Source: an uncultured Gemmatimonadales bacterium
Lineage (GTDB): Bacteria > Gemmatimonadota > Gemmatimonadetes > Gemmatimonadales > GWC2-71-9
DNA length: 64,000 nucleotides
NCBI GenBank assembly: GCA_963828735.1
Contig: CAWHFW010000002.1
Span: 608,001-672,000 of the forward strand
Direction of reading: 5' to 3'
The translations under genes were made by a program, and so were the position numbers. The notes beneath the pieces were generated by a model. It was not told the DNA's origin, ran no database searches, and was given only the letters and a program-made list of their open reading frames with translations. How positions within the stretch are numbered: the stretch's first letter is position 1; every line of letters begins with the position of its first letter. This document shows positions 30,409 through 41,814 of this stretch, piece after piece.

Positions 30409-30435
30409 TACGACCCTAGGCTGGCCAATGTTTCA
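30409..30435 (-). promoter_or_regulatory. ECF-sigma-type promoter of the Psp-like operon
   Basis: TGAAAC-ATTGGCCAGCCTAGGGT(17)-CGTA, 30 bp upstream of the first ATG; resembles SigW/SigM-type consensus. Confidence 0.6.
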
Positions 30436-30465
30436 AGGCGCAACACGGGCGATGCGTGGACGACG

Positions 30466-30681
30466 TCAAACCAGCTCGACCGCCTCGATGGCGGCCAGGG
30501 AGACGGCGATTTCGGTATCGTCGCTGCCGGCCGGGCGGAGATAGACCTCGTGGGCGGTGATGTGGGTATCCACGCTCATCGGAATGCCCACGACTTCGGT
30601 GCGATCCGTAGTCGTGATGCGCACGGCCTGCTCGTGCCCACCGGCGTACCCGAGGAGCTGGACGATGTCTTCGTAGGTCAT
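30466..30681 (-). CDS. Small hypothetical protein (possible Sm-like beta fold)
   Basis: 71 aa, MTYEDIVQLL...VRITTTDRTEVVG...; GGGGA RBS. Confidence 0.55.
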   Translation of the reverse strand: MTYEDIVQLLGYAGGHEQAVRITTTDRTEVVGIPMSVDTHITAHEVYLRPAGSDDTEIAVSLAAIEAVELV

Positions 30682-30794
30682 GGGGTCCCCCAAGCGGGTA
30701 GGACCCCTAATGTAGGCCGTGAACTGGGACAGCCGCAACGAGAGACCGGAGGTGGGAGCGATCGGGAAGCCGCCGCTCCCGCCCTCGCCGGTTT

Positions 30795-33080
30795 CTAATG
30801 CGCGTTGGCCTGCTTTTCGGGCGTTGGGACCGGGCCGAGCAAGTGCTCGTCGAGGAATCGCGTGATGAGCGAGAACAGGTGCAGCGTCGTGTTCTTGCCC
30901 TGGCAGACGCAGTGGGTCCGATTCGGGTACTCCATCATCTGGAAAGGCTTATTGGCCGCCACGAGCGCGTTGATGAGCAGCTCGCTGTTCTGGAAGTGCA
31001 CGTTGTCGTCGCCGCTGCCGTGCACCAGGAGCAGGTCGCCCTTGAAGCCGCTGACGTAGCTGATGGGCGAGCCGCGGTCGTAGCCGTCGCGATTGGTGGT
31101 GATGAGCCCGTTGAAGCGCTCGGTGTAGACGTTGTCGTACAGCGCCCAATGCGTTACGGGCGAGACGGCCACGCCCATCCGGTACAGCTCCGGGTGCTGG
31201 AACAGCACATTGAGCGTCATGAACGCGCCGTAGCTCCATCCCCAGATACCGACCCGGTTCGGGTCCACGTACGGCCGCTGACGCAGCGCCGTCGCGGCGG
31301 AAGCCTGGTCCTGGGTCTCGAGCACGCCGAGCTGACCGTAGATCGCCTTGCGCCACGCCCGTCCAAGAGGCGCGGGAGTGCCGCGGTTGTCCACGATGGC
31401 CACCAGATAGCCCTTCTGCGTGAGCATCGAGTGCCACAGGTAGTATCCGCCCCACTGGTCCTCGACCTCGGCGTTCCCCGGTCCGCCATACACGAAGAAC
31501 AGCAAGGGGTACTTCCGGGTGGAGTCGAAATCCGCCGGCTTCAGGAGCACGCCGGGCATCTTCGAGCCATCGGCCGCCGGCACGGTCAGCCATTCGACCG
31601 ACGGGCGGCGGAGACCCGCGACGCGCGCACGGAGACGGGCGTTGTCCACGAGGGTTCGGATCACCTGGTGGCCCGGCAGCCGGACGAGGCGGATCAGCGG
31701 CGGATTGCCGAGGCTCGAGTAGTTCTCGATCGCGTACTTGTAATTGGGTGAGCGGTCGTACACGTGCGTCCCCTTCTCCCCCTGCGGGCTGATGCGCTGC
31801 GGGGTGCCCTTCCCGTCGAGCCGAGTCCGGTACAGGTACTTCTGGGTCGGATTGTCCGGCGACGCGACGTAGTACAGCCAACCGCCCTTGTCGTCGATGC
31901 CCTTCACCTCCAGCACGTCGAAGTTGCCCTTGGTCACCAGGCGCACCGACTTGCCGTCGCGCGAGACGGCGTAGACGTGCTTCCAGCCGTCACGCTCGCT
32001 GACCCAGGTGAACTCCTTGCCGCTCTGGAGCCACACTAGATCGTCCACCACGTCGACCCAGGTCGAGTCGTGCTCGGTGAGCACCGTGCGCACCTGGCCG
32101 CTACGTGCGTCGCCCAGCATGACCTCATCGGTGTTCTGGAGCCGGTTCAGGCGCTGGAGGATGACCTCATTGGAGCTGGCCGCCCAGTCCATGCGCGGGA
32201 TGTAGTGGTCGCGGGGGTCGCCGGCGATCTCGAGCCACCGGGTGGTCCCGCCGGCGGCGGCCACGATGCCGATGCGCGCGGCCGAGTTCTGCTCGCCGAC
32301 CTTGGGGTACTGGACGGGCACGACCCGGGAGTACAAGGAGTCCGTATTGTTGATGAGGTCGAAGTTCTTCACCTGGTCGGCGTTGAGCTGCCAGTAGGCG
32401 ATGCTCCGCCCGTCCGGACTCCATCGCCATCCGTCGGCGTAGTAGTTCATCAGCTCTTCTTCGTACACCCAGTCGAAGGTGCCGTTGATGAGGGTGCGCG
32501 ACCCGTCGGTCGTGAGCGCGGTGATCGCGCCCGACGCGAGGTCCTCCACGTACAGATTGTTCTCCCGGACGTACGCCACGCGCCCGCCGTCGGGAGAGAA
32601 CTTGGCGAACATGAGCGTCGACGGTTTGGCGTCGCGGCCACCGAGCTGCCGCAGCGTCCCGCTCGCCCGGTCGAGCACCCAGTAGTCACCGCGGGTATTG
32701 AGCCGCCAGACCGGTTTGGTGTTGGTGAAGATCAATAGCCTCCCAAGGTCGTCGGTCCAGGCGTAATCCTCGACCTCCAGCGGGCCGTCCCCGCCGCCGG
32801 GGGTGAGCTCGCGCTCCGTCACGAGCACGTCCCGTTTTCCGCTTTCGACGTCGTAGCGCACGATGTCCTGCCCCTGGCCGCTCGCCCCCGGCTCGAGCGT
32901 CGTGTAGGCCGACCCGTCGCCCAGCCAACGGGAGGGACCGAACGGCTGGGAGGCGAACTCCGCGGAGCCGTAGATCCGGGTCAGCGAGAGAAGGCTCGAA
33001 TCGGCCTGTTGAGCCGAAAGCCCCGCTGGAATCAGAAGGACGAGCGCGGCGAGGGTGCGGACGACGTGGTGACGGATCAC
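30795..33080 (-). CDS. Secreted S9B dipeptidyl peptidase IV family peptidase
   Basis: DWVYEEE, GWSYG nucleophile motif, HGSGDDNVH. Confidence 0.95.
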   Translation of the reverse strand: MIRHHVVRTLAALVLLIPAGLSAQQADSSLLSLTRIYGSAEFASQPFGPSRWLGDGSAYTTLEPGASGQGQDIVRYDVESGKRDVLVTERELTPGGGDGPLEVEDYAWTDDLGRLLIFTNTKPVWRLNTRGDYWVLDRASGTLRQLGGRDAKPSTLMFAKFSPDGGRVAYVRENNLYVEDLASGAITALTTDGSRTLINGTFDWVYEEELMNYYADGWRWSPDGRSIAYWQLNADQVKNFDLINNTDSLYSRVVPVQYPKVGEQNSAARIGIVAAAGGTTRWLEIAGDPRDHYIPRMDWAASSNEVILQRLNRLQNTDEVMLGDARSGQVRTVLTEHDSTWVDVVDDLVWLQSGKEFTWVSERDGWKHVYAVSRDGKSVRLVTKGNFDVLEVKGIDDKGGWLYYVASPDNPTQKYLYRTRLDGKGTPQRISPQGEKGTHVYDRSPNYKYAIENYSSLGNPPLIRLVRLPGHQVIRTLVDNARLRARVAGLRRPSVEWLTVPAADGSKMPGVLLKPADFDSTRKYPLLFFVYGGPGNAEVEDQWGGYYLWHSMLTQKGYLVAIVDNRGTPAPLGRAWRKAIYGQLGVLETQDQASAATALRQRPYVDPNRVGIWGWSYGAFMTLNVLFQHPELYRMGVAVSPVTHWALYDNVYTERFNGLITTNRDGYDRGSPISYVSGFKGDLLLVHGSGDDNVHFQNSELLINALVAANKPFQMMEYPNRTHCVCQGKNTTLHLFSLITRFLDEHLLGPVPTPEKQANAH

Positions 33081-33240
33081 GTGTTTTCCCGGTGATGTGG
33101 TTGGTTGCGGGGCGGAAATGCCTTGGCTATCCCTTTACTTGGGTATGCCCTGGTCGGTCGGAGCCGAACACCTGCAATACTTCGGTCGGCGGGGCTCCGC
33201 GGTTTCATCCGGGCTGCACGAGGCCCTTCGGAAAGGCGGC

Positions 33241-33909
33241 ATGGTGCGGCACCTCAATGAATCCTGTCTCGGTCTCGCCCTCGCGGCTTCCCTTACCCTC
33301 GCGGGCTGTTCGCCCCGGGGCCCGGAGCCGGTCGGCGGCGCCGCGCCCGCCAGCTCGAGCAGCGCGGCTCCGCCGCTCGCGGCAGATTCCGGGGCGCGCA
33401 CTACCACCGAAGGAGCGGCCCCAGCCACGCCTGCCCCGCAGCCGCCGCCTGTCGTGCCGACGGCCACGACGGAAGCCGCCACATCGGATACCGGCTTCGT
33501 TCAGTACGATGCGGCCACCAAGACGGTGACCTTCCGTCTCGTCTCCGGCCCCTTCGAGTTCAACGGGTTCACCAACGGCGGTGCGACGCTCACGGTCCCG
33601 CCTGGCAGCACCAACGTGTGGAACTTCGAGCAGAACGACGGCACGCCGCACAGCGCCGAGATCGCGAGCGGGACGGGACCGGTACCGGACTCGGGCGGCG
33701 ATCCCGCCATCCCGCGCGCATACACCAACAAGGTATCCGAGGGACTGCCTCAGGGCGCCAAGGACGTCCTTCGCTTCACCGCGCCCGACAGCGGCACCTT
33801 CCGCATCGCGTGCGGCGTCCCCGGCCACGCCCACAGCGGTATGTGGCTCTGGCTCAAGGTGGATCCGGCGGCCAAGGCCCCCACGTTCGGAGCGACCCCG
33901 AAGTCCTGA
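33241..33909 (+). CDS. Sulfocyanin-like type-1 blue copper lipoprotein
   Basis: Lipobox LAGC, Pro/Ala linker, FNGFTNG, PHS, CGVPGHAHSGM (Cys-His-Met ligands). Confidence 0.8.
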   Translation: MVRHLNESCLGLALAASLTLAGCSPRGPEPVGGAAPASSSSAAPPLAADSGARTTTEGAAPATPAPQPPPVVPTATTEAATSDTGFVQYDAATKTVTFRLVSGPFEFNGFTNGGATLTVPPGSTNVWNFEQNDGTPHSAEIASGTGPVPDSGGDPAIPRAYTNKVSEGLPQGAKDVLRFTAPDSGTFRIACGVPGHAHSGMWLWLKVDPAAKAPTFGATPKS

Positions 33910-33922
33910 GCCCGCCGCTCGG

Positions 33923-33945
33923 GAGCCCTGGGTGCCATCCAGGGC

Positions 33946-33947
<2 letters not shown>
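33923..33947. terminator. Hairpin between the convergent cupredoxin and uvrA genes
   Basis: GAGCCCTGG-GTGCCAT-CCAGGGCTC; no U-tract. Confidence 0.4.
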
Positions 33948-36846
<2,899 letters not shown>

Positions 36847-36930
36847 AGCCCCGAAAGGTACCCGAAGCCCGGCTCGAGGGTCAACGGGTTCCCGTAGACG
36901 GGGGCGGCACCTTAGCATTCAGCGGCTTCC

Positions 36931-37587
36931 ATGACCGCCTCACCTGACGATAGAGCCGCCGACTCCCCGGCGCCGGGCGATGGGCTGCTCGAGCGGGCGC
37001 ACGCCACGGCTTCCGGCCCGCATCCGGCGGAGGCGGTCGCGCTCTACCGCGAGCTGTTGGCGGCGGAACCGGCTCACGTGGAGGCCCTGCTCCGGCTGGC
37101 CGGCCTTCTGGCGCGCCTGGACGAGCACGAGCAGGCGCTCGGGCTCCTCTCCGAGGCGCTCCGCCACGCACCCGATCAGACCGAGCTCCTCGTGCTGAGG
37201 GGCGGGATCAATGGTCACCTTCGGCGGTACGAGGACGCTGAGGCGGACCTCCGGCGCGTCCTCCGGCTGCACCCGTCGCGCGCGCAGGCGCACCTCGAGC
37301 TCGGCCAGGTGCTGTGGCGAAAGGGCCTCATCGCCGACGCGACCACGCACTTTCGCCAGGCGCTCGAGTTCGAGCCGGACAGCGCGCAGGCCTACGCGCA
37401 CCTGGGCAACGCGTTGAACCAGGCCGGTGACCTCGCGGGCGCGCGGATGGCGCTCGAGCGCGCCGTCCAGCTCGACCCTCGCGACGCGAAGGCCCACCAT
37501 TTGCTCGGCCGGGTTTACGACCGGCTCGGCTACCCTGACGAGGCTCGCGCGATGTATCAGCGTTCTCGGGAGCTCTCCGGCGCGTGA
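36931..37587 (+). CDS. Tetratricopeptide repeat protein
   Basis: Repeated A..LG..Y/L...G..A...ALE..P helices. Confidence 0.85.
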   Translation: MTASPDDRAADSPAPGDGLLERAHATASGPHPAEAVALYRELLAAEPAHVEALLRLAGLLARLDEHEQALGLLSEALRHAPDQTELLVLRGGINGHLRRYEDAEADLRRVLRLHPSRAQAHLELGQVLWRKGLIADATTHFRQALEFEPDSAQAYAHLGNALNQAGDLAGARMALERAVQLDPRDAKAHHLLGRVYDRLGYPDEARAMYQRSRELSGA

Positions 37588-38072
37588 TCCTGGTGGTGGT
37601 CGGCGATCTGGCGCGGGAACCCGTGGACGCGGTGCTCCGGCCGGCCGATGCGACTCTCGCCCCGGTCGGCACCGCGGCCGTCGGGTTGGATGAAGCGGGC
37701 GGCGAGCGCTTCGCGGCCCAACGGCGGACGACGACACCGCTCGAGGCTGGCGCCGCCGTGGTGACAGGGGCCGGGGACCTCGTGGCGGGGTTCGCGGTGC
37801 ACGTCGTCATCGCTGACGAGCGGGGGCCGGCGCCGAGGGAGAAGATTCGCCGCGCGCTGGTGTCGGCGTGGCAGCGGGCAGGCGACTGGGGGCTGCTGCG
37901 CATTGCGGCCCCGCTGGTGGGCGCCGCGAGCGGCCAGCTCACGGTGGAGGAGTCGGCCGCGCTGCTGGTCGAGACATTTCCGAGCGCCGCCGCGGGGCGC
38001 GAGCTCCGCATCATCGTACACACGGAGGAACGGGGCATGGTCGAGGCCATCGTACGGAGGGCGCAGGCGTGA
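37584..38072 (+). CDS. Macro domain-like protein (degenerate motifs)
   Basis: VVGDLAREPVDAVL, GAAVVTGAGDL, VHVVI, IAAPLVGA. Confidence 0.75.
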   Translation: MILVVVGDLAREPVDAVLRPADATLAPVGTAAVGLDEAGGERFAAQRRTTTPLEAGAAVVTGAGDLVAGFAVHVVIADERGPAPREKIRRALVSAWQRAGDWGLLRIAAPLVGAASGQLTVEESAALLVETFPSAAAGRELRIIVHTEERGMVEAIVRRAQA

Positions 38073-38827
38073 TCCGGCTGCAGGGACTGACAAAACGGTA
38101 CGGGAAGTTCACTGCCGTGGACGGGATCGATCTCGAGGTGCCCCGCGGGGAGCTGTTCGGCCTGTTGGGTCCGAACGGCGCCGGCAAGACCACCTCCATC
38201 CGGATGATTGCTGGCATTCTCCGGCCCACGAGCGGAACAGTGGCCGTGGGAGGGGTGGACATCCAGGCGCGACCCCTCGAGGCCAAAGCCCGCCTCGGCT
38301 ACATCCCCGACCGGCCGTTCGTCTACGACAAGCTGACGGGCGGCGAGTTCCTCCGCTTTGCCGCGGCGCTCTACGGTATGCAGGGTCCGGTGGTGGAGCG
38401 ACGCATCGACGAGCTGCTGACGGTATTCGAGCTGGCGCCCTGGAAGGGCGAGCTCACCGAGACCTACAGCCACGGCATGCGGCAGAAGCTCATCATCGCG
38501 GGCGCGCTGGTCCACCGCCCCGAGGTGATCGTGGTGGACGAGCCGATGGTCGGGCTCGATCCCAAGAGCGCCCGGCTGCTCAAGGACCTGTTCCGCCAGT
38601 TCGTGAGCCGGGGCGGCACGGTGCTCATGAGCACCCACACAATGGAGATCGCCGAGGTGATGTGCGACCGCATCGCCATCGTGTATCGCGGCAGGATCGC
38701 GGCCCAGGGGACCATGGAGGAGCTTCGCCACCAGACCTCGTCCGAGGGGATGAGCCTGGAGGATCTCTTCCTCAAGCTCACCGGCGGCCATCACACACAG
38801 CCGCTCGACACGGTGCTCGACGCGTGA
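38069..38827 (+). CDS. ABC transporter ATP-binding protein
   Basis: GPNGAGKTT, YSHGMRQK, VVDEP. Confidence 0.95.
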   Translation: MIRLQGLTKRYGKFTAVDGIDLEVPRGELFGLLGPNGAGKTTSIRMIAGILRPTSGTVAVGGVDIQARPLEAKARLGYIPDRPFVYDKLTGGEFLRFAAALYGMQGPVVERRIDELLTVFELAPWKGELTETYSHGMRQKLIIAGALVHRPEVIVVDEPMVGLDPKSARLLKDLFRQFVSRGGTVLMSTHTMEIAEVMCDRIAIVYRGRIAAQGTMEELRHQTSSEGMSLEDLFLKLTGGHHTQPLDTVLDA

Positions 38828-40524
38828 CCGAAGTCGCTCGCACTCAGCCGAGCCTGTGGACCATTCTCACGCCGAAGCGGCGCGGCGTGGTGGCGCGCCT
38901 GCGCCAGGAGCGCAGCGGCTCCTGGGCCAAGGTGCTGCTGCTGGCAGTCACCGGCGCCGGATTCTGGACCGCCGTCTTCGGGATCGCGTACCGGGTGCTG
39001 CGCTACATCCGGGACGTGCCCGACCTCGGGAGCCTGCTCGCGGGCAAGGTGCTGAGCGTAGTCCTGCTCGCCTTCCTGTCCATCCTGCTGCTCTCCAACA
39101 TCATCACGGCGCTCTCCACCTTCTTCCTCGCCAAGGATCTCGACCTCCTCGTCGGGGCGCCGATCGGGTGGCCGCGACTTTACCTCGCCAAGCTGAGCGA
39201 GACGATCGTCCACTCGTCGTGGATGGTAGGGCTGCTGGCGCTTCCGATCCTCACCGCCTATGGCACGGTGTTCTCGGGTGGTCCGCTCTTCCCGTTCGTG
39301 GCGCTCGCGGCCATCGTGCCCTACCTCGTCATCCCGGCCGTCGCGGGGACCATCTTCACGGTCCTCCTGGTCAACGTCTTTCCCGCCCGGCGGACGCGCG
39401 AGCTACTGGGACTGGTCGGCCTTGGCGCCGTCGCCGTGCTGGTGCTCATGTTCCGCTTCATCCGGCCCGAGCAGCTGGCGCGCCCCGAGGGATTCCGGAA
39501 CTTCCTGGACTACCTCAAGGTCCTGAAGGCGCCCACCAGCCCGTGGTTGCCGAGCGAGTGGTCCGCCGAGATGCTGATGAACTGGCTGACGCGGGTGGCG
39601 GACCCGTGGCCGATCGCCAAGCTGTGGGCGGCGGCCGCCGTGGCGCTGGCGATCGGCGCGGCGGTGCATCGGGCGCTGTTCGTGCCCGGCTACTCGAAGG
39701 CGCAGGAAGGCGCCGAGCGGAAGGTGCGTCGCCCGCTCCGGGGTCCCGCAGCGACGTTCCTCGCCGGCCTGCCGCCGCAGAAGCGCGAGTTCCTGTTCAA
39801 GGACATGCGCCTGTTCTTCCGCGACAATACCCAGTGGAGCCAGCTCATCCTCCTCGTGGTGCTGGTCGCGATCTACATCTTCAACATCAAGTCGTTGCCG
39901 ATACACTCGGGCGAGCGGATCCCCTTCGCTCTGGTCACGATCATCTCCTTCCTCAACCTGGGCCTCGCGGGCTTCGTGCTCTCGGCCGTGGCAGCGCGGT
40001 TCATCTTCCCGGCCATCTCGCTCGAGGGGCGGCAGATGTGGCTGCTGCGCTCGAGCCCACTCGATCCGCGAAGCATGCTGTGGAGCAAGTACTGGATGGG
40101 CACCGTGCCCCTGCTGGTCCTCGCCGTGGCGATCACGACGCTGACCAACGGGCTGCTCGAGGTGACGCCGTTCATGATGATGACGAGCCTGCTCACGATC
40201 GTGTTCTACACCATGGCCGTGAGCGCGCTCGCTCTCACGTTCGGGGTGTTCTATCCGCAGTTCGCGACCGAGAACGCGGCGCAGATCCCGACCAGTTTCG
40301 GGGGGGTCGTCTACATGATGGCCAGCCTGTGCCTCCTGGCGGTGGTGATCATGATCGAGGCGTACCCGGTGACCGCGCAGCTCCGCGCGTGGCAGCGGGG
40401 CCAGCAGCTCGAGGCCACGCCGGAGCTCCTGGGCGCGGGCGCGCTGGTGATCGTCGTCTGCGTCGCGGCAACCATCATCCCGTTGCGGCTGGGCGCGCGA
40501 CGACTCGAGCTGATGGAGTGGTAG
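38824..40524 (+). CDS. Putative ABC exporter permease (multi-TM)
   Basis: About 12 TM helices; DLDLLVGAP, SLEGRQMWLLRSSP; coupled to the ATPase gene. Confidence 0.85.
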   Translation: MTEVARTQPSLWTILTPKRRGVVARLRQERSGSWAKVLLLAVTGAGFWTAVFGIAYRVLRYIRDVPDLGSLLAGKVLSVVLLAFLSILLLSNIITALSTFFLAKDLDLLVGAPIGWPRLYLAKLSETIVHSSWMVGLLALPILTAYGTVFSGGPLFPFVALAAIVPYLVIPAVAGTIFTVLLVNVFPARRTRELLGLVGLGAVAVLVLMFRFIRPEQLARPEGFRNFLDYLKVLKAPTSPWLPSEWSAEMLMNWLTRVADPWPIAKLWAAAAVALAIGAAVHRALFVPGYSKAQEGAERKVRRPLRGPAATFLAGLPPQKREFLFKDMRLFFRDNTQWSQLILLVVLVAIYIFNIKSLPIHSGERIPFALVTIISFLNLGLAGFVLSAVAARFIFPAISLEGRQMWLLRSSPLDPRSMLWSKYWMGTVPLLVLAVAITTLTNGLLEVTPFMMMTSLLTIVFYTMAVSALALTFGVFYPQFATENAAQIPTSFGGVVYMMASLCLLAVVIMIEAYPVTAQLRAWQRGQQLEATPELLGAGALVIVVCVAATIIPLRLGARRLELMEW

Positions 40525-40525
40525 C

Positions 40526-41566
40526 ATGGGCGCCATAGCGGTCGACCTGTACAGCGACACCCTCACGCGGCCCACCGCCGCGATGCGCCGGGCCATGGCG
40601 GAGGCCGAGGTCGGCGACGAGCAGAACCGCGAGGATCCGACGGTCAACCGCCTCCAGCAGATGGTCGCCGAGCTCCTGGGCCACGAGGCGGCGCTCTACA
40701 TGCCATCTGGCACGATGTGCAACCAGGTCGCCTTCGCGGTGCACTGCCGGGCCGGTGACGAGATCCTGCTGCACGAGACGGCGCACCCGCTGCTCTACGA
40801 GGCCGGCGGGCCGGCGGCTCTCGTCGGCGCGGTCATGCGTCCGCTCCCGGGCGCGCGCGGGATGTACTCGGCCGACCAGGTTCGCCAAGCCGTGCGGCCT
40901 CCGGTGCACTACATGCCCCGCACGCGGGTGATTTCGATCGAACAGACGGCGAACATCGTCGGTGGCGTGTGCTGGCCCCTGGCACAGATCGAGGAGGTCT
41001 GCGCGGCAGGGCATGCCGCCGGACTGGCGTGTCACATGGACGGCGCCCGTCTCATGAACGCCGTGGTTGCGACCGGAACGTCGGCCAGCGCGTTCGCGCG
41101 GTCGTTCGACAGCGTGTGGATCGATCTGACGAAGGGGCTGGGCGCTCCCGTCGGCGCGGTCCTCGCCGGCTCGAAGGCGTTCATCGAGGAGGGCTGGGTG
41201 TTCAAGCAGCGCTTCGGCGGCGCCATGCGGCAGGCGGGCATCATCGCCGCCGCGGGCATCTACGCGCTGGAGCATCATGTGGACCGCCTGGCCGAGGACC
41301 ACGAGCGTGCCCGTCAACTGGCGACCGGGCTGGCCGAGCTGCCGGGGCTCGCGGTCGATGCGGCCCGGGTCGACACGAACATCGTGATCTTCGATGTCCG
41401 CGGGGCAGGCATCACCGCCGAGGAATTCGGCCGGCGGACGGAGCGGTCGGGGGTCCGGTTCAACGCGCTGGGCCCCACGCTCGTCCGAGCCGTGATGCAT
41501 CTCGACGTGCCGGCCGACGGCGTCGAACGGGCCCTGAGCGCCGCACGCGCGGCGTTGCGAGGGTAA
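40526..41566 (+). CDS. ltaE: Low-specificity L-threonine aldolase (PLP-dependent)
   Basis: DLYSDTLTRPT, PSGTMCN, HMDGARL, TKGLGAPVG, GGAMRQAG. Confidence 0.9.
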   Translation: MGAIAVDLYSDTLTRPTAAMRRAMAEAEVGDEQNREDPTVNRLQQMVAELLGHEAALYMPSGTMCNQVAFAVHCRAGDEILLHETAHPLLYEAGGPAALVGAVMRPLPGARGMYSADQVRQAVRPPVHYMPRTRVISIEQTANIVGGVCWPLAQIEEVCAAGHAAGLACHMDGARLMNAVVATGTSASAFARSFDSVWIDLTKGLGAPVGAVLAGSKAFIEEGWVFKQRFGGAMRQAGIIAAAGIYALEHHVDRLAEDHERARQLATGLAELPGLAVDAARVDTNIVIFDVRGAGITAEEFGRRTERSGVRFNALGPTLVRAVMHLDVPADGVERALSAARAALRG

Positions 41567-41642
41567 GCCTCCGGCGAACTCCGGGTCCCGCCCCCGCCAG
41601 TGGTGGGGTACTCGAGTACTGATCGGCCAAGACTTGCTGAGG

Positions 41643-41701
41643 GCCGCCGTCTGACGACGGCGGCTCGTTTTTTCGATGGGCGGCCCTTGGCCGCCCTTTT
41701 T
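41643..41701 (+). terminator. Two tandem intrinsic terminators
   Basis: GCCGCCGTC-TGAC-GACGGCGGC-TCGTTTTTT and GGGCGGCC-CTT-GGCCGCCC-TTTTT. Confidence 0.8.
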
Positions 41702-41814
41702 CGTTCCCTCCGGCACCGGGGCGATCCGAAGGCCCCACTTGGCTCCTCCTACGTTGCGCTCGCCGTCGGACCCGGCGCGGCCGTCAGCGCGAGTGACTCA
41801 CTCAAGGAGGAGAC

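Noticed and set aside
41560..41600. c-di-GMP-I riboswitch (AAGCCTCCGGC resemblance)
   Set aside because: The upstream GGCAAA/GNRA elements are missing and the stretch overlaps the ltaE stop.
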